Source of the DNA: an uncultured bacterium
GTDB lineage: Bacteria > Patescibacteriota > JAHJAL01
NCBI GenBank assembly: GCA_938004065.1
Contig: CALKWM010000013.1
Location: 75,914 to 139,913 of the forward strand
Direction of reading: 5' to 3'
Length of the DNA stretch: 64,000 bases
Positions 17,855-27,669 of this stretch are shown one piece after another. Numbering within the stretch: the stretch's first letter is position 1; every line of letters begins with the position of its first letter. The notes below the pieces were generated by a model, which ran no database searches, was not told the DNA's origin, and saw nothing but the letters and a program-made list of their open reading frames with translations. The translations under genes and the position numbers were made by a program.

Positions 17855-19435
17855 TATTATGGGATTTCGAGCGTATGCATTGAACAACTGTTCTTTGTTT
17901 ACGCTCTTTTTCATAGGTTCTAACATTCTTTTTATTCTATCAACTTCTTTTTTAGCTGGTATGAGAAAAGAGTAAAAGGAAAGAAGCTCTAAAAAGAGCT
18001 TCTGGTCCTTAAGGATAAAATTCGAGCCAAGAGAAATAAAGATTTCTTTTTTGGTTTCAATATCACCTTCATTAAATCTGATATAAGCATATTCGGCTAT
18101 TCCCAAATGTTTTTCGGCAGTTTCTAACCAGCTATTAAGTCTTTTATCAGAATTTTCGATAACTTCATTGATTCTACTTTTTTCTTTTAGGAGATCTGAT
18201 TTTTTGGTGATATATTCTTCTTCATTTAACTCGTTATTCAGGCGTAGCTCTAACAATCGGTCTAATTTTTTAGTACAATCAGTGTAGGCTTTATGCTGTG
18301 AGGCGATGATCAGGTTACGATCATTCGCTTCTTTTTTATTGTGCTTTTTGAGTTCTCCATAGAGATATTCGTGAAAGTCGGGTGGAATTGTAAATGAAGA
18401 TATAATTTCGTTGATCTGCTTTTCCAATTCTTTTACTTCTATACCTTTTTGATAGCATTTTTGCTTTCTGTGTTTTGTGCAGTGGTAGTAAGTATATTGG
18501 TGAATATTACCGTTTTTTTGTTTCTTGATTTTGGTTTCGGCGGTGATAGAGGCTCCACATTCTCCACACTTGATCAAACCAACATAAGCAAAGACTCTAT
18601 TTTTGGGTCTTGGTTTGCCTTCTCTACCTAAAATGAGTTGGATGCGATCATATTCTTCAATAGAGATAATTGCTTCATGCTTGCCTTTAAACCATTCGCC
18701 ACTATTTTTTGGATATTCAAATTCTCCATAATAAAAAGAACTGGTGAATATTCGGTAAATAGTGCTTCGGGAAAATTCCTTTCCTTGGCGGTTTGTTAAT
18801 TTCCATTTACTAAGGGCTATATGTCTAATTTGTGGGGGAGTGTATTTTCCGGTTAGCATAAGATCAAACATTCTACGGACCAACTCGAAACGGTCCGGAT
18901 CTTTGATAATTTCTTTTTCACCTTTCCGTTTAAAGGGATTGTGCATATAGCCAAGTGGGGCGTAGGTTGGAAGCCAACCACGTTTTGCTTTGGTCCGAAG
19001 ACCTCTTCTGGTATCAGTACTTAGGTCCATGATAAATTGATTGGCTACGCCCAATTCTACAGCCATAACGATAACATTATCAGTGGGATAGTAGCTTTGA
19101 CTATGAGTTTGAATATGTTTGATTATTCCTTGTTGAATCAACCAACTAATTTGACCACCGTCAATGGGGTTACGAGCTAATCGATTTAATTTCCAACATA
19201 ATATGCCCTGAGCTTCACCTTTGTTTATTCTTTGAATCATTTCGTTAAATATTTCTCTTCCTGGTGCTTTGGCTGATTTTGATTCAGAAAGAATTTCTAC
19301 AATGCGTATGTTTTTTTGTTCAGCAATTTTGGTTAATTCCTGAATCTGTGAATCAATTGAAGCCATTTGTCGATCTTCGTTTTCGGTTGATTTGCGAGCA
19401 TAAAGGAAATATTTTAGTCTTTGATCGTTTTTCAT
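17816..19435 (-). CDS. Large serine recombinase (integrase type); its 3' end overlaps the tRNA-Asn 3' end
   Basis: N-terminal resolvase catalytic domain YARKSTENEDRQMASIDSQ. Recombinase domain and a Cys-rich zinc ribbon (CGECGAS...YYHCTKH). 539 aa. Confidence 0.8.
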   Translation of the reverse strand: MKNDQRLKYFLYARKSTENEDRQMASIDSQIQELTKIAEQKNIRIVEILSESKSAKAPGREIFNEMIQRINKGEAQGILCWKLNRLARNPIDGGQISWLIQQGIIKHIQTHSQSYYPTDNVIVMAVELGVANQFIMDLSTDTRRGLRTKAKRGWLPTYAPLGYMHNPFKRKGEKEIIKDPDRFELVRRMFDLMLTGKYTPPQIRHIALSKWKLTNRQGKEFSRSTIYRIFTSSFYYGEFEYPKNSGEWFKGKHEAIISIEEYDRIQLILGREGKPRPKNRVFAYVGLIKCGECGASITAETKIKKQKNGNIHQYTYYHCTKHRKQKCYQKGIEVKELEKQINEIISSFTIPPDFHEYLYGELKKHNKKEANDRNLIIASQHKAYTDCTKKLDRLLELRLNNELNEEEYITKKSDLLKEKSRINEVIENSDKRLNSWLETAEKHLGIAEYAYIRFNEGDIETKKEIFISLGSNFILKDQKLFLELLSFYSFLIPAKKEVDRIKRMLEPMKKSVNKEQLFNAYARNPIILRGWGSNPRPID

Positions 19436-19611
19436 AGTAATAGAGATTAATGGATAAACTAATAGGACGGTTCTGGTTGACCCAACTTACCACTAATGGT
19501 TTGTCGGCAGAACCGCCCTGTTTAGGCGACAAAAATTCATTAGTGTAAAAAATTGTTGGGTCAACACTTATATTATAAAATATTTTAAGGTGCATAAAAA
19601 TCATTTTTTTG

Positions 19612-19947
19612 TCATGGAGGGTTTGTTTCGATCATGCCTTTATATCTTGATTTGTAGTATTTGATTTTAAGGCATTTAATACATCCGATTTTTTTGTTTA
19701 TAGTGTCGATGTAGATTATTCGGATTCTGCGATGGCAATTTGGGCAGGAAAACCAGTATCGTTGGCCATTAAACCTTGTTTTTGATATGGATAATTTAAT
19801 CGTTAAATCTTGAATAGAAACTTTTGATCGTATAAATTCTGATTTGGCAATCTGGTGGTAGTTTTTGATGATATTATCGATGTCAATTTTTTGATAATTC
19901 AAGTTTGTTAGATTTTTTCCTAAATCGTATGGCTTTATTGAATTCAT
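19612..19947 (-). CDS. Small zinc-ribbon protein (CxxC...CxxC), hypothetical
   Basis: FSCPNCHRR...GCIKCLK. Extremely AT-rich gene. Confidence 0.4.
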   Translation of the reverse strand: MNSIKPYDLGKNLTNLNYQKIDIDNIIKNYHQIAKSEFIRSKVSIQDLTIKLSISKTRFNGQRYWFSCPNCHRRIRIIYIDTINKKIGCIKCLKIKYYKSRYKGMIETNPP

Positions 19948-19952
19948 GTTTT

Positions 19953-20549
19953 TTAATTATTGTTAATAAATTCTTGTTTTTCTGATACAAAAGCATTTTT
20001 ACTTTGAATCTTGATATCAATAGATGGTGATTTGATTTGTTGGAGTAGAGATAGGGATGAATTAAATTGTCTATTGGCTCGATCAATTTCTTTACTAATT
20101 AGATAGCAGTATTGAATGCTTAATTTATTTACTGATTCTGAGCTAGAGCATTGACTGAGGATCCTTGAATATTGAATAATTTTTGTGTATGAGAGAGCAA
20201 TATTATTAGCCATGGCTTTTTCAATTGAGGTTGTGCATTGGTATTCTTTTATTATGTCTCGTGCGAATTGTATTGCCATTGGTCGGTATTCTTTTTTATG
20301 ACAAAAAGCTACAGTGTAACCTGTGTCTAAACCGAAGATATTAGAGAAATCATGAAATAATTCATCAATCTGTTTTTTCTTACTTTTTTTGCCAAGGTAA
20401 TGTTTTTTAAGAAGGATACCAATTTGATCTAATAAAACATCTGGATCGTGGTTTGTTTTGATTTTGTCTTTGACGAAATTTTTTATGTCTTCTGTGGTTT
20501 CCAATTGTTCAATTTGTTTTCTTTCAATTGGCTTAAGATTGTTTCGCAT
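19953..20549 (-). CDS. Hypothetical protein of the AT-rich element
   Basis: 198-aa ORF. Tightly packed with neighbours on the same strand. Confidence 0.4.
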   Translation of the reverse strand: MRNNLKPIERKQIEQLETTEDIKNFVKDKIKTNHDPDVLLDQIGILLKKHYLGKKSKKKQIDELFHDFSNIFGLDTGYTVAFCHKKEYRPMAIQFARDIIKEYQCTTSIEKAMANNIALSYTKIIQYSRILSQCSSSESVNKLSIQYCYLISKEIDRANRQFNSSLSLLQQIKSPSIDIKIQSKNAFVSEKQEFINNN

Positions 20550-20599
20550 AGTATTTAATTAATTATTAATAAATAAATAGATTTACCCCACACCCAATC

Positions 20600-21808
20600 T
20601 CACAAGTTAAGATTTGGGAATATTAATATTTTTTGTTGATTGTCTGGACCGTAATCTTGGACGATCAATCCCGCATTTTCCAACATAGGTAAAATTTCTT
20701 GTCTTAGTTTGTATTCAGGTAGAGGGTATTGGTAGGTTTGAAAGAATCTTTTCAAAATCTCTGGTCTACTTATTCCAATTCTTATATCTGGATAGTTTGA
20801 TATTTTTTCTTTATACAGAGGGAGAATAATTTCATTGAAAATACTATAAAGGTAGGGAGAGATATTTAATTCTTGGCTGACCGATATTTTGGACCATAGA
20901 TCATGGGCATAATTAATATCTTCTTCGTTGGCATATATGTTATTACCAACTTTTTTTCTAAACCAGAGATTAAGCAGGCTATAACATTTGACTAATGAAA
21001 TGAATCTTCCAATATCTCTTTGGTCGCGTGGTCTTAGTTTCTTTTTGGAGTCGAAAAATAATTTTTCTATTAAGTCGGGTTGTTCGATAATAATATTTTC
21101 TATTTTGGCTGATTTGATAGCCTCGATCCGATCAATAAGTGTTTGTCTTTCAGGATTATTTTGAATATTATTTTCATAAACTTCTTTGTTTGCTTCTTTG
21201 GTAATTTTAGTTTGTATTGACTCTTTTAATTTGTCTTGATTGGTGTCAGGTGAGAGCATGAGAAATCTTGTACTTTCCTGTTCGTCAATCTTGATACTTG
21301 CGCTACAGAAAATAACTGATGGGTAACCAATAATTATTGCTGTTTTAGTGCGGTGACCTCCTTTTTCTTTACGATCAGTTATCTTATTTATTAGTTCTTT
21401 TTTGTCATGAGAAAGTAATGGCCGGAATTTTTCGAGTAGATAATGATCTGGTTGGTCTAAAAAGATAATTATTTTTCTCGATAGGTTGATAATAGTTGTG
21501 TTGGTTTTTTGGTTGTATTCTCCTTGTTCATGAAAGAATGATGTTGGAGAACATGATCCAAGTATTAGTAAATCTTCTTTAGGGAAATAATTTGAGATTT
21601 CTAAGGGGATGTAACTTTTACCCGCTGATGAGGGGGCATTGAAACTAATATTGAATTGAGAATCATTTGTATATGCCGATAAACAACATAAAAATGTTGC
21701 TAGTTTATTGTGATTGTCTTTTTTGACCGTTAGGTCTAGAATTTTGATTATTTCCTCAGGAGTAATTGGATTGAAATTTTTATTAATAGAAATATTATTT
21801 TCTTTCAT
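20600..21808 (-). CDS. P-loop NTPase, possibly a primase/helicase-like replication protein of a mobile element
   Basis: Walker A motif NAPSSAGKSY and a Walker B-like IIFLDQPD. Sits adjacent to the recombinase. Confidence 0.45.
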   Translation of the reverse strand: MKENNISINKNFNPITPEEIIKILDLTVKKDNHNKLATFLCCLSAYTNDSQFNISFNAPSSAGKSYIPLEISNYFPKEDLLILGSCSPTSFFHEQGEYNQKTNTTIINLSRKIIIFLDQPDHYLLEKFRPLLSHDKKELINKITDRKEKGGHRTKTAIIIGYPSVIFCSASIKIDEQESTRFLMLSPDTNQDKLKESIQTKITKEANKEVYENNIQNNPERQTLIDRIEAIKSAKIENIIIEQPDLIEKLFFDSKKKLRPRDQRDIGRFISLVKCYSLLNLWFRKKVGNNIYANEEDINYAHDLWSKISVSQELNISPYLYSIFNEIILPLYKEKISNYPDIRIGISRPEILKRFFQTYQYPLPEYKLRQEILPMLENAGLIVQDYGPDNQQKILIFPNLNL

Positions 21809-21998
21809 GGTGATTTTGATTAATATATTTGGATAATTTTTTTTCTTCTGATGGAGTTAGGGGCTTGGAATAAACTACATAATACAAATTGAGAAATTTT
21901 TGATATTGGTCATAGGCCTCCTTATCACTTAAATCTTGATTAAAGTGTTTCTTTACCATTTGTTTAAACTTCTCAATTGTTTCTTTGCTGATAATCAT
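21795..21998 (-). CDS. Small hypothetical protein
   Basis: 67-aa ORF overlapping the upstream gene stop, as expected for an operon. Confidence 0.3.
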   Translation of the reverse strand: MIISKETIEKFKQMVKKHFNQDLSDKEAYDQYQKFLNLYYVVYSKPLTPSEEKKLSKYINQNHHERK

Positions 21999-22235
21999 TT
22001 ATGAGTGGTAAATCCTTGTCTTAAGCAGTTTTTGATTATATGCAAATAGAATTGGATCGACCTTGGCTTGGTGACTGAAATATAATTCGATAAGTCTATC
22101 GAGGTTGTCGTCGCGTATGATATAGAAGACGGTTGTGTTATCTTTGTTTTTTTCGGTGCTAGAAATACAGTATCCAGATGAAATAATGAACGAACAAAGA
22201 TTGAGATCTGATGATTTAAAATAGTTATTTTGCAT
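21999..22235 (-). CDS. Small hypothetical protein
   Basis: 78-aa ORF directly abutting the neighbouring gene. Confidence 0.3.
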   Translation of the reverse strand: MQNNYFKSSDLNLCSFIISSGYCISSTEKNKDNTTVFYIIRDDNLDRLIELYFSHQAKVDPILFAYNQKLLKTRIYHS

Positions 22236-22393
22236 AATTGTTTTATTAATAGTAATTTTTTTCCAGTTGCTATTTTTCAGAATAGAGTAAATATGAGATT
22301 CCCTGTATTGGTCCTCGTGAAAATTTGAATAATAAAAAAATATGGTTAGAAAACCATATTTTAAAAAGTTATTAACACCTATTTGAAGGACTG

Positions 22394-23515
22394 TTACTTC
22401 TTGATTATTTCGTATTTAACATAATTTAGGACATATCCATGACCTTTTTTCTTGTTTATCAAATTATGTCTAACATTTAAATATTTTATAAATCTTTTGT
22501 TTATCTTTTTTATGGCTTTGTTTATGGATGATATTCCAGATTTGTATTGAATTTTAGAATTTAATTCTGTACTGGATATTGGGTTTTTATTAAGTAGTAA
22601 AACAATTTTTTTGCAATTATTTTTTATAGGATATATGAATTTGCGGTTGAAAATTTCCTTATATATGCCGTATTTTTTGCTAATATGAATAGTTGTTTTC
22701 CCATTGTTGTCGTTTTGTTCACATATCAAGTTTTGATATGTGTCGTTATTAATAAGTTGGTCAATTATGTGTAAGTGGAGTCTGTGCACATCGGAATATA
22801 TTTCGTCAATATTGTATGAATCAGAATAGTCTATTTTGCCGGATATTAAACATTTTATTTCATTACTCATCAGTTTGTATTCCACATATTGATTGGTTAA
22901 ATATGTTTTATCAATTAATTTTTCTAATTTTTTAGATTCATAAATTATTAGATAAATATTTATGAGATTATTAAGACTAGCCCATAATTTGGTGATGCTT
23001 TCTGTTTCGTAGTTATTTTTTGTTGTTAAATAGTTTCGAAATGTATCTTCGTATTTAAATTTTTTTTCTTGTTTCTTTCTATTGTGTTTTTGATTAAGAA
23101 AAAATTTATTTACCAATTTTGAATATGGTGATTTGCCAATCTTGAATATAATTTCTTTTATGGTTTCGTAATTATATTTGGTGTTAATTATTGAAGGAGT
23201 GAATTCTCTTGCTGGGGGAAATAGTAATTCAGAATATTCGGTATTTGTTGTAATGAAATTGAGACTATTACTATTGTTTGTAATAATTGTTTGAAGCTTC
23301 TTAATTATTTTATTTGTAGTATTATTTATTTTATTCTGTTTGTTGGTTAAATTGTTGTAAGCATTTCGGCTTTCTTTTATTTTTTTGTTAAGTATTTCTT
23401 TGGTTATTGTGTTGTCATTTATAAATTTTATATAGTCTGCAACATTGATGAAGAATATTTTTGGGTCTTGTGAAATTAAATTAAAATTTTGATTAATTGA
23501 ATCGATTAAATTCAT
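22394..23515 (-). CDS. Hypothetical Asn/Lys/Ile-rich protein (373 aa) of the AT-rich element
   Basis: Long ORF in a segment of roughly 25% GC. No motif recognised. Confidence 0.45.
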   Translation of the reverse strand: MNLIDSINQNFNLISQDPKIFFINVADYIKFINDNTITKEILNKKIKESRNAYNNLTNKQNKINNTTNKIIKKLQTIITNNSNSLNFITTNTEYSELLFPPAREFTPSIINTKYNYETIKEIIFKIGKSPYSKLVNKFFLNQKHNRKKQEKKFKYEDTFRNYLTTKNNYETESITKLWASLNNLINIYLIIYESKKLEKLIDKTYLTNQYVEYKLMSNEIKCLISGKIDYSDSYNIDEIYSDVHRLHLHIIDQLINNDTYQNLICEQNDNNGKTTIHISKKYGIYKEIFNRKFIYPIKNNCKKIVLLLNKNPISSTELNSKIQYKSGISSINKAIKKINKRFIKYLNVRHNLINKKKGHGYVLNYVKYEIIKK

Positions 23516-23922
23516 ATAAATTGTAATAGAAATATAATATTTAAACTGTTTTTATGTTAGTTTAATTGTATTATCTTATCAAATAAAGACTGACTAGATT
23601 TGAATTTTGGTGATAAAAAAGATTATCATTAATGTGGTTAGTCATATTACTGAATAGTTAACCGTATAATTTAGAGCCTAAACCTTATAAAGTAATATTT
23701 TTAAGGCATGGCGAAAAAACCTTATGCATAAAGATGGTTCTTCTGACCAGCTTACTTGCATAAGGTCTATATCCGAAAGGGTATAGGGTGATCTCGAAAG
23801 AGAAAGCCGAGTTGTGTTAGAAGAGCCTTTTTTGTATTTTGAAAGAAAATTTATTTAGGATGGACAAAGTAATTATAAATTTGGTGTAATTCTTTATTTA
23901 AATAAATTATTGGGTAATTATT

Positions 23923-24672
23923 ATGGACAAAGAAAAAGAAGGTGAGCAAATAGTTTCGGTCAAATCGTCTAATTTTGGTTGCCTTACTGTTTTTATTTGG
24001 TTCGTAGGATTTATGTGTTTATTTTGGGGGTTAATAATAATTTCGAATTTTTCGATTGTTAATTTTGTTTCTGGTGTTTTGTTGGTAATCGCAGGTTTAA
24101 TTATGTTTCCACCTGTGAGAAATATGATTGAGAAAAAAACAGGAATAAAATTATCCAATGCTTTGTCTTGTGTGTTAGTTTTTATTCTTTTTGTAATAGG
24201 AATTGTGCTTGGTTCTTCATTTAGACAGATAAACAGTAATTTGGATAATAAGTCAGATAATAAACAAGAAACAATCAAGACAATAAATATGGAGAAGTTG
24301 GTCGGTTTTGATTTGCGGAACAAACAACCTATTGGGGATGAGAATATTTATACATATAATCCAGTAAAGAATAATGATTATTCTATTGCTGTTTTAACGA
24401 GTAAAACAGCTAGCAATATTCATGAAGATAGCTATTTATTGGAAAAAAATAGTAAAGATATTAATGGAATAAATGTTGAAGTTGGGTATAAAGATTTTTC
24501 AGAAAAGGATGGTGTAGTACTTACAAGAAAATATGAAGGTCTTGCTTTTGATTTTGAGTATAATAATCGATTTTACTCTGGGGAAGTTTCTAATTTAAAA
24601 GGTGAATCAGTAAAAGAGAAATTGGATGAAATTTTAGTTAATTTTCTGCAATCAGTCCAGGGTAAATCTTAA
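23923..24672 (+). CDS. Membrane protein with N-terminal TM helices and a C-terminal soluble domain
   Basis: Two or three hydrophobic helices in the first roughly 100 aa. Confidence 0.45.
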   Translation: MDKEKEGEQIVSVKSSNFGCLTVFIWFVGFMCLFWGLIIISNFSIVNFVSGVLLVIAGLIMFPPVRNMIEKKTGIKLSNALSCVLVFILFVIGIVLGSSFRQINSNLDNKSDNKQETIKTINMEKLVGFDLRNKQPIGDENIYTYNPVKNNDYSIAVLTSKTASNIHEDSYLLEKNSKDINGINVEVGYKDFSEKDGVVLTRKYEGLAFDFEYNNRFYSGEVSNLKGESVKEKLDEILVNFLQSVQGKS

Positions 24673-24752
24673 TAGTGATCAATTGTTTTTTATTTCGTGA
24701 ATTAAAAGTTTACAATGTAATTGTGGTTGAGTATTACTATTAATATTTATAT

Positions 24753-25574
24753 ATGACTATTCCAAAGAGAGTTTTTGATCGAATGACTAAAATGTTGGCG
24801 AAATATCAACAGGTTTTGAGAATTGCCAAAGATAGGGATGTGAATGAGTCTGATACGGTAATGATTATCAAGGATATTTTGGCTGATGTTTTGGGCTATG
24901 ATAAATATTTAGAAGTAACTAGTGAGTTTGCCATTAGGGGGACGTTTTGTGATGTGGCGGTCAAAATTGATAGCAAGATTGAGTTTTTATTGGAAGCTAA
25001 GGCAATTGGTTTGGAATTAAAAGAGAATCATTTAAGACAAGCTCTTGATTATGGAGCTAATAATGGCGTACAGTGGGTTGTTTTGTCGAATGGGATCGTC
25101 TGGAACATATACAAGATAAAATTTGAAAAACCGATTGGATATGATTTTGTTTGTTCTTTGAATATGTTGGAGCTTGATCCAAAGAGCGAACAAGATATTG
25201 AGAAGCTTTTCATTTTATGCAAAGAGGGAATAGTAAAGGATGCAAGAGAGGAATATTTTGAAAAAAGGCAAAGCGTAAATCGTTTTGTTTTAGGCGAATT
25301 GCTTTTAAGGGAAAATGTTCTTTTTGAGATTAGAAAGCAATTAAGAAAAATGTCTGAAGGAGTGCCGGTTGATATAGATGATATTCAAAAGGTTTTGAAG
25401 AATGAAGTTATTAAGAGGGATGTGCTTGAAGGAGATGAGGCTAAAAAAGCACGGGACAGGATAAATAAGTTTTATCGTAAACAGGCTAAAAAGAATGAAA
25501 AGAAGATTGAGGTTGTAAATAAAGAGAAATTAGATTCTTCTAATGTTTCAATAGATGAAGCTAATATTGGATAA
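24753..25574 (+). CDS. PD-(D/E)xK restriction-endonuclease-like protein (type I HsdR N-terminal-like domain)
   Basis: ESDTVMIIKDILADVLGYD...CDVAVKIDSKIEFLLEAKAIG...QALDYGANNGVQWVVLSNGIVWNIY matches the HsdR_N-type nuclease-fold pattern (D...E-x-K). Confidence 0.6.
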   Translation: MTIPKRVFDRMTKMLAKYQQVLRIAKDRDVNESDTVMIIKDILADVLGYDKYLEVTSEFAIRGTFCDVAVKIDSKIEFLLEAKAIGLELKENHLRQALDYGANNGVQWVVLSNGIVWNIYKIKFEKPIGYDFVCSLNMLELDPKSEQDIEKLFILCKEGIVKDAREEYFEKRQSVNRFVLGELLLRENVLFEIRKQLRKMSEGVPVDIDDIQKVLKNEVIKRDVLEGDEAKKARDRINKFYRKQAKKNEKKIEVVNKEKLDSSNVSIDEANIG

Positions 25575-25604
25575 CTGAGATGATTTATTTATAAATATAA
25601 ATTT

Positions 25605-26624
25605 ATGTATTACGATAAAAAGCCTTATATCTCTTTGCTAAATGAAATTAAAAATGGTGGTGTTGAGGCAATTAAAGATTTAGTTGCAAGAAAAGAGTCA
25701 GAAGGATATTTTCTTGATTTCAAAAGAACATCTATAGGTGATTATAGTAACAAAAAATCACTTGAGGATAGTGATAGAAATAACTATGCAAGATCGATAT
25801 CTGGTTTTGGAAATTCTGAAGGTGGAATAATTATATGGGGAGTAGGAACTGGGAAAGATGAGGATGTGGCTAAAGATTTATTACCAATAAAATCAGTCAG
25901 TAATTTCGTGTCCATATTAAATTCGCAAGTTAGTAGATTGACGGTCCCTCAGCATCCATCTGTTAATAGTTTTACTATAATTGATAATGAGCAAGGGGAA
26001 GATTGTGGTTATGTTGTTACTGAAGTGCCTAAGTATGAAGGATTGCCAATACAAGTTATTTTTGATTATAAGTATTATATGCGAGCGGGAGAATCATTTG
26101 TTCCTATTACTCATTCAGTATTGGCTGGTATGTTTGGACGTAAGCCCGCTCCAAATGTGGGTATAAATTATATTACTAGGGAAGGGGATCCAAAGTTGGA
26201 GGATGGATTTATAAAATTTTCAGTTGGCATACAATTAGTTAATCTTGGGATGGGAATTGCTAGAGATATTTTTCTAAATAATATGATCTTTACTCCAAAA
26301 GGTAATTCAAAGATTGAAAAAGAATATAGTGATAAGAATTTTGTTGGATATGAAGTATTCGGCGTAGGTGATAATTTAATTTCGGTTAATCATTTAAGGT
26401 TGGCTCCAGAGCAAAGAGTTCAACCCTTAACTTTATTTTTTAGTTTAAAAGAACCTTTTGAAAGTGGAATAAATTGGGATTTGCTGGTGGGTGCTGATTC
26501 ACAAATGCCTCACAAAATGGAAATATTTCACACAAAAGAGAAATTAATTGAGATGTGTAATAAATACATATCTGACTCAAATTATCCGTTTAGAGAAAAT
26601 TTTGTAAGAGGAAAAAATGAATAA
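25605..26624 (+). CDS. AlbA_2 (Schlafen-like putative DNA-binding) domain protein
   Basis: ESEGYFLDFKR...ARSISGFGNSEGGIIIWGVGTGKDEDV matches the AlbA_2 core (EFK ... AfaNteGG.liiGV.D). Confidence 0.55.
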   Translation: MYYDKKPYISLLNEIKNGGVEAIKDLVARKESEGYFLDFKRTSIGDYSNKKSLEDSDRNNYARSISGFGNSEGGIIIWGVGTGKDEDVAKDLLPIKSVSNFVSILNSQVSRLTVPQHPSVNSFTIIDNEQGEDCGYVVTEVPKYEGLPIQVIFDYKYYMRAGESFVPITHSVLAGMFGRKPAPNVGINYITREGDPKLEDGFIKFSVGIQLVNLGMGIARDIFLNNMIFTPKGNSKIEKEYSDKNFVGYEVFGVGDNLISVNHLRLAPEQRVQPLTLFFSLKEPFESGINWDLLVGADSQMPHKMEIFHTKEKLIEMCNKYISDSNYPFRENFVRGKNE

Positions 26625-27111
26625 TTTCGATAAACTATCTAGAAGGGCCGAGGAATTAGATAGAATGTCCCAAAGTGGTATTTCTGATAGATTAACTTTG
26701 GAGGAGGCGAGTAATATTGTTAATATTTGGGGAGTTTTTTTAGAGTATTCTGGGGTGATTGGAATACTTTTTTGTAATAATATTCCTGAGTCTTTATTGC
26801 CATATCCTAAACATATTTTGGTTGGAGCAATTAATAAAATGGCTGAATATTATCATGATCAAGGACTAAGCGATAAGGTGGGTGTTTTAGAGTCTACTTT
26901 GATCGGATTGACTGCATACACGAATGATATAGAGGCAGTAAATGAGAGTCTAAAACAATTTCAAAATGAAAAATGGAGGGAGGCATTTATTCCAGGTCTA
27001 AAAAGATTTCAAAGAAATCAAATGGAGAATGGTTATTTGGTTGATAAAAAACTTTGGAAGTTTGGTAAATCTCGATTAGAAGAGATAAATGAATTTTTAG
27101 AATGGGATTAG
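26617..27111 (+). CDS. Hypothetical protein, translationally coupled to the upstream gene
   Basis: Its start overlaps the upstream stop by 8 nt. 164 aa. Confidence 0.45.
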   Translation: MNNFDKLSRRAEELDRMSQSGISDRLTLEEASNIVNIWGVFLEYSGVIGILFCNNIPESLLPYPKHILVGAINKMAEYYHDQGLSDKVGVLESTLIGLTAYTNDIEAVNESLKQFQNEKWREAFIPGLKRFQRNQMENGYLVDKKLWKFGKSRLEEINEFLEWD

Positions 27112-27114
27112 TAG

Positions 27115-27618
27115 ATGACAATTAGAAAAGTTCGGGATTATTTTTTTAAGCTATATATGAAGATTGCTTCAAAAAAAGAAGAGAGAGGATTAAATGAAAA
27201 TAACAGAAACTTAATTGTTGTCTTTGTTTTTATTGTTTTGTTGTTATTTGGTCCGATTGAATCATATGGATTATTTGTGCGAATTATGTATCTAATTTTA
27301 GTTCCTGTGTTTCTTTGGTTGATTTTAAGGTTTTGGGGCGGTAAGTTGCCCTTAGATAAGCAATTAAACAATTATTTAAATCGAGGGATATATGCTTTAA
27401 TTGCTGGCATGTTGATTGTGAGTGCATATATTTCCTTTATAACGAAAAATCATACCGTATGCGACCAACTCGTGCAAACACGAGATGGACAAGAATGTGT
27501 TGGGGATTATGTATTGGTAAATGGTCCAGATGTAGTTGGTGTCGTTATGCAGATAATATTTGCTGGTATATTATTCTGGCTAGCAGTTTCGAAAAGAAAG
27601 GATGGCGAAGATATTTAG
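27115..27618 (+). CDS. Small multi-TM membrane protein
   Basis: Three or four hydrophobic helices. Starts 4 nt after the previous stop. Confidence 0.45.
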   Translation: MTIRKVRDYFFKLYMKIASKKEERGLNENNRNLIVVFVFIVLLLFGPIESYGLFVRIMYLILVPVFLWLILRFWGGKLPLDKQLNNYLNRGIYALIAGMLIVSAYISFITKNHTVCDQLVQTRDGQECVGDYVLVNGPDVVGVVMQIIFAGILFWLAVSKRKDGEDI

Positions 27619-27669
27619 CGAGCAATAATATAGGATGATTGTTAGTGACTACAAAACAGGTTTGATTTT

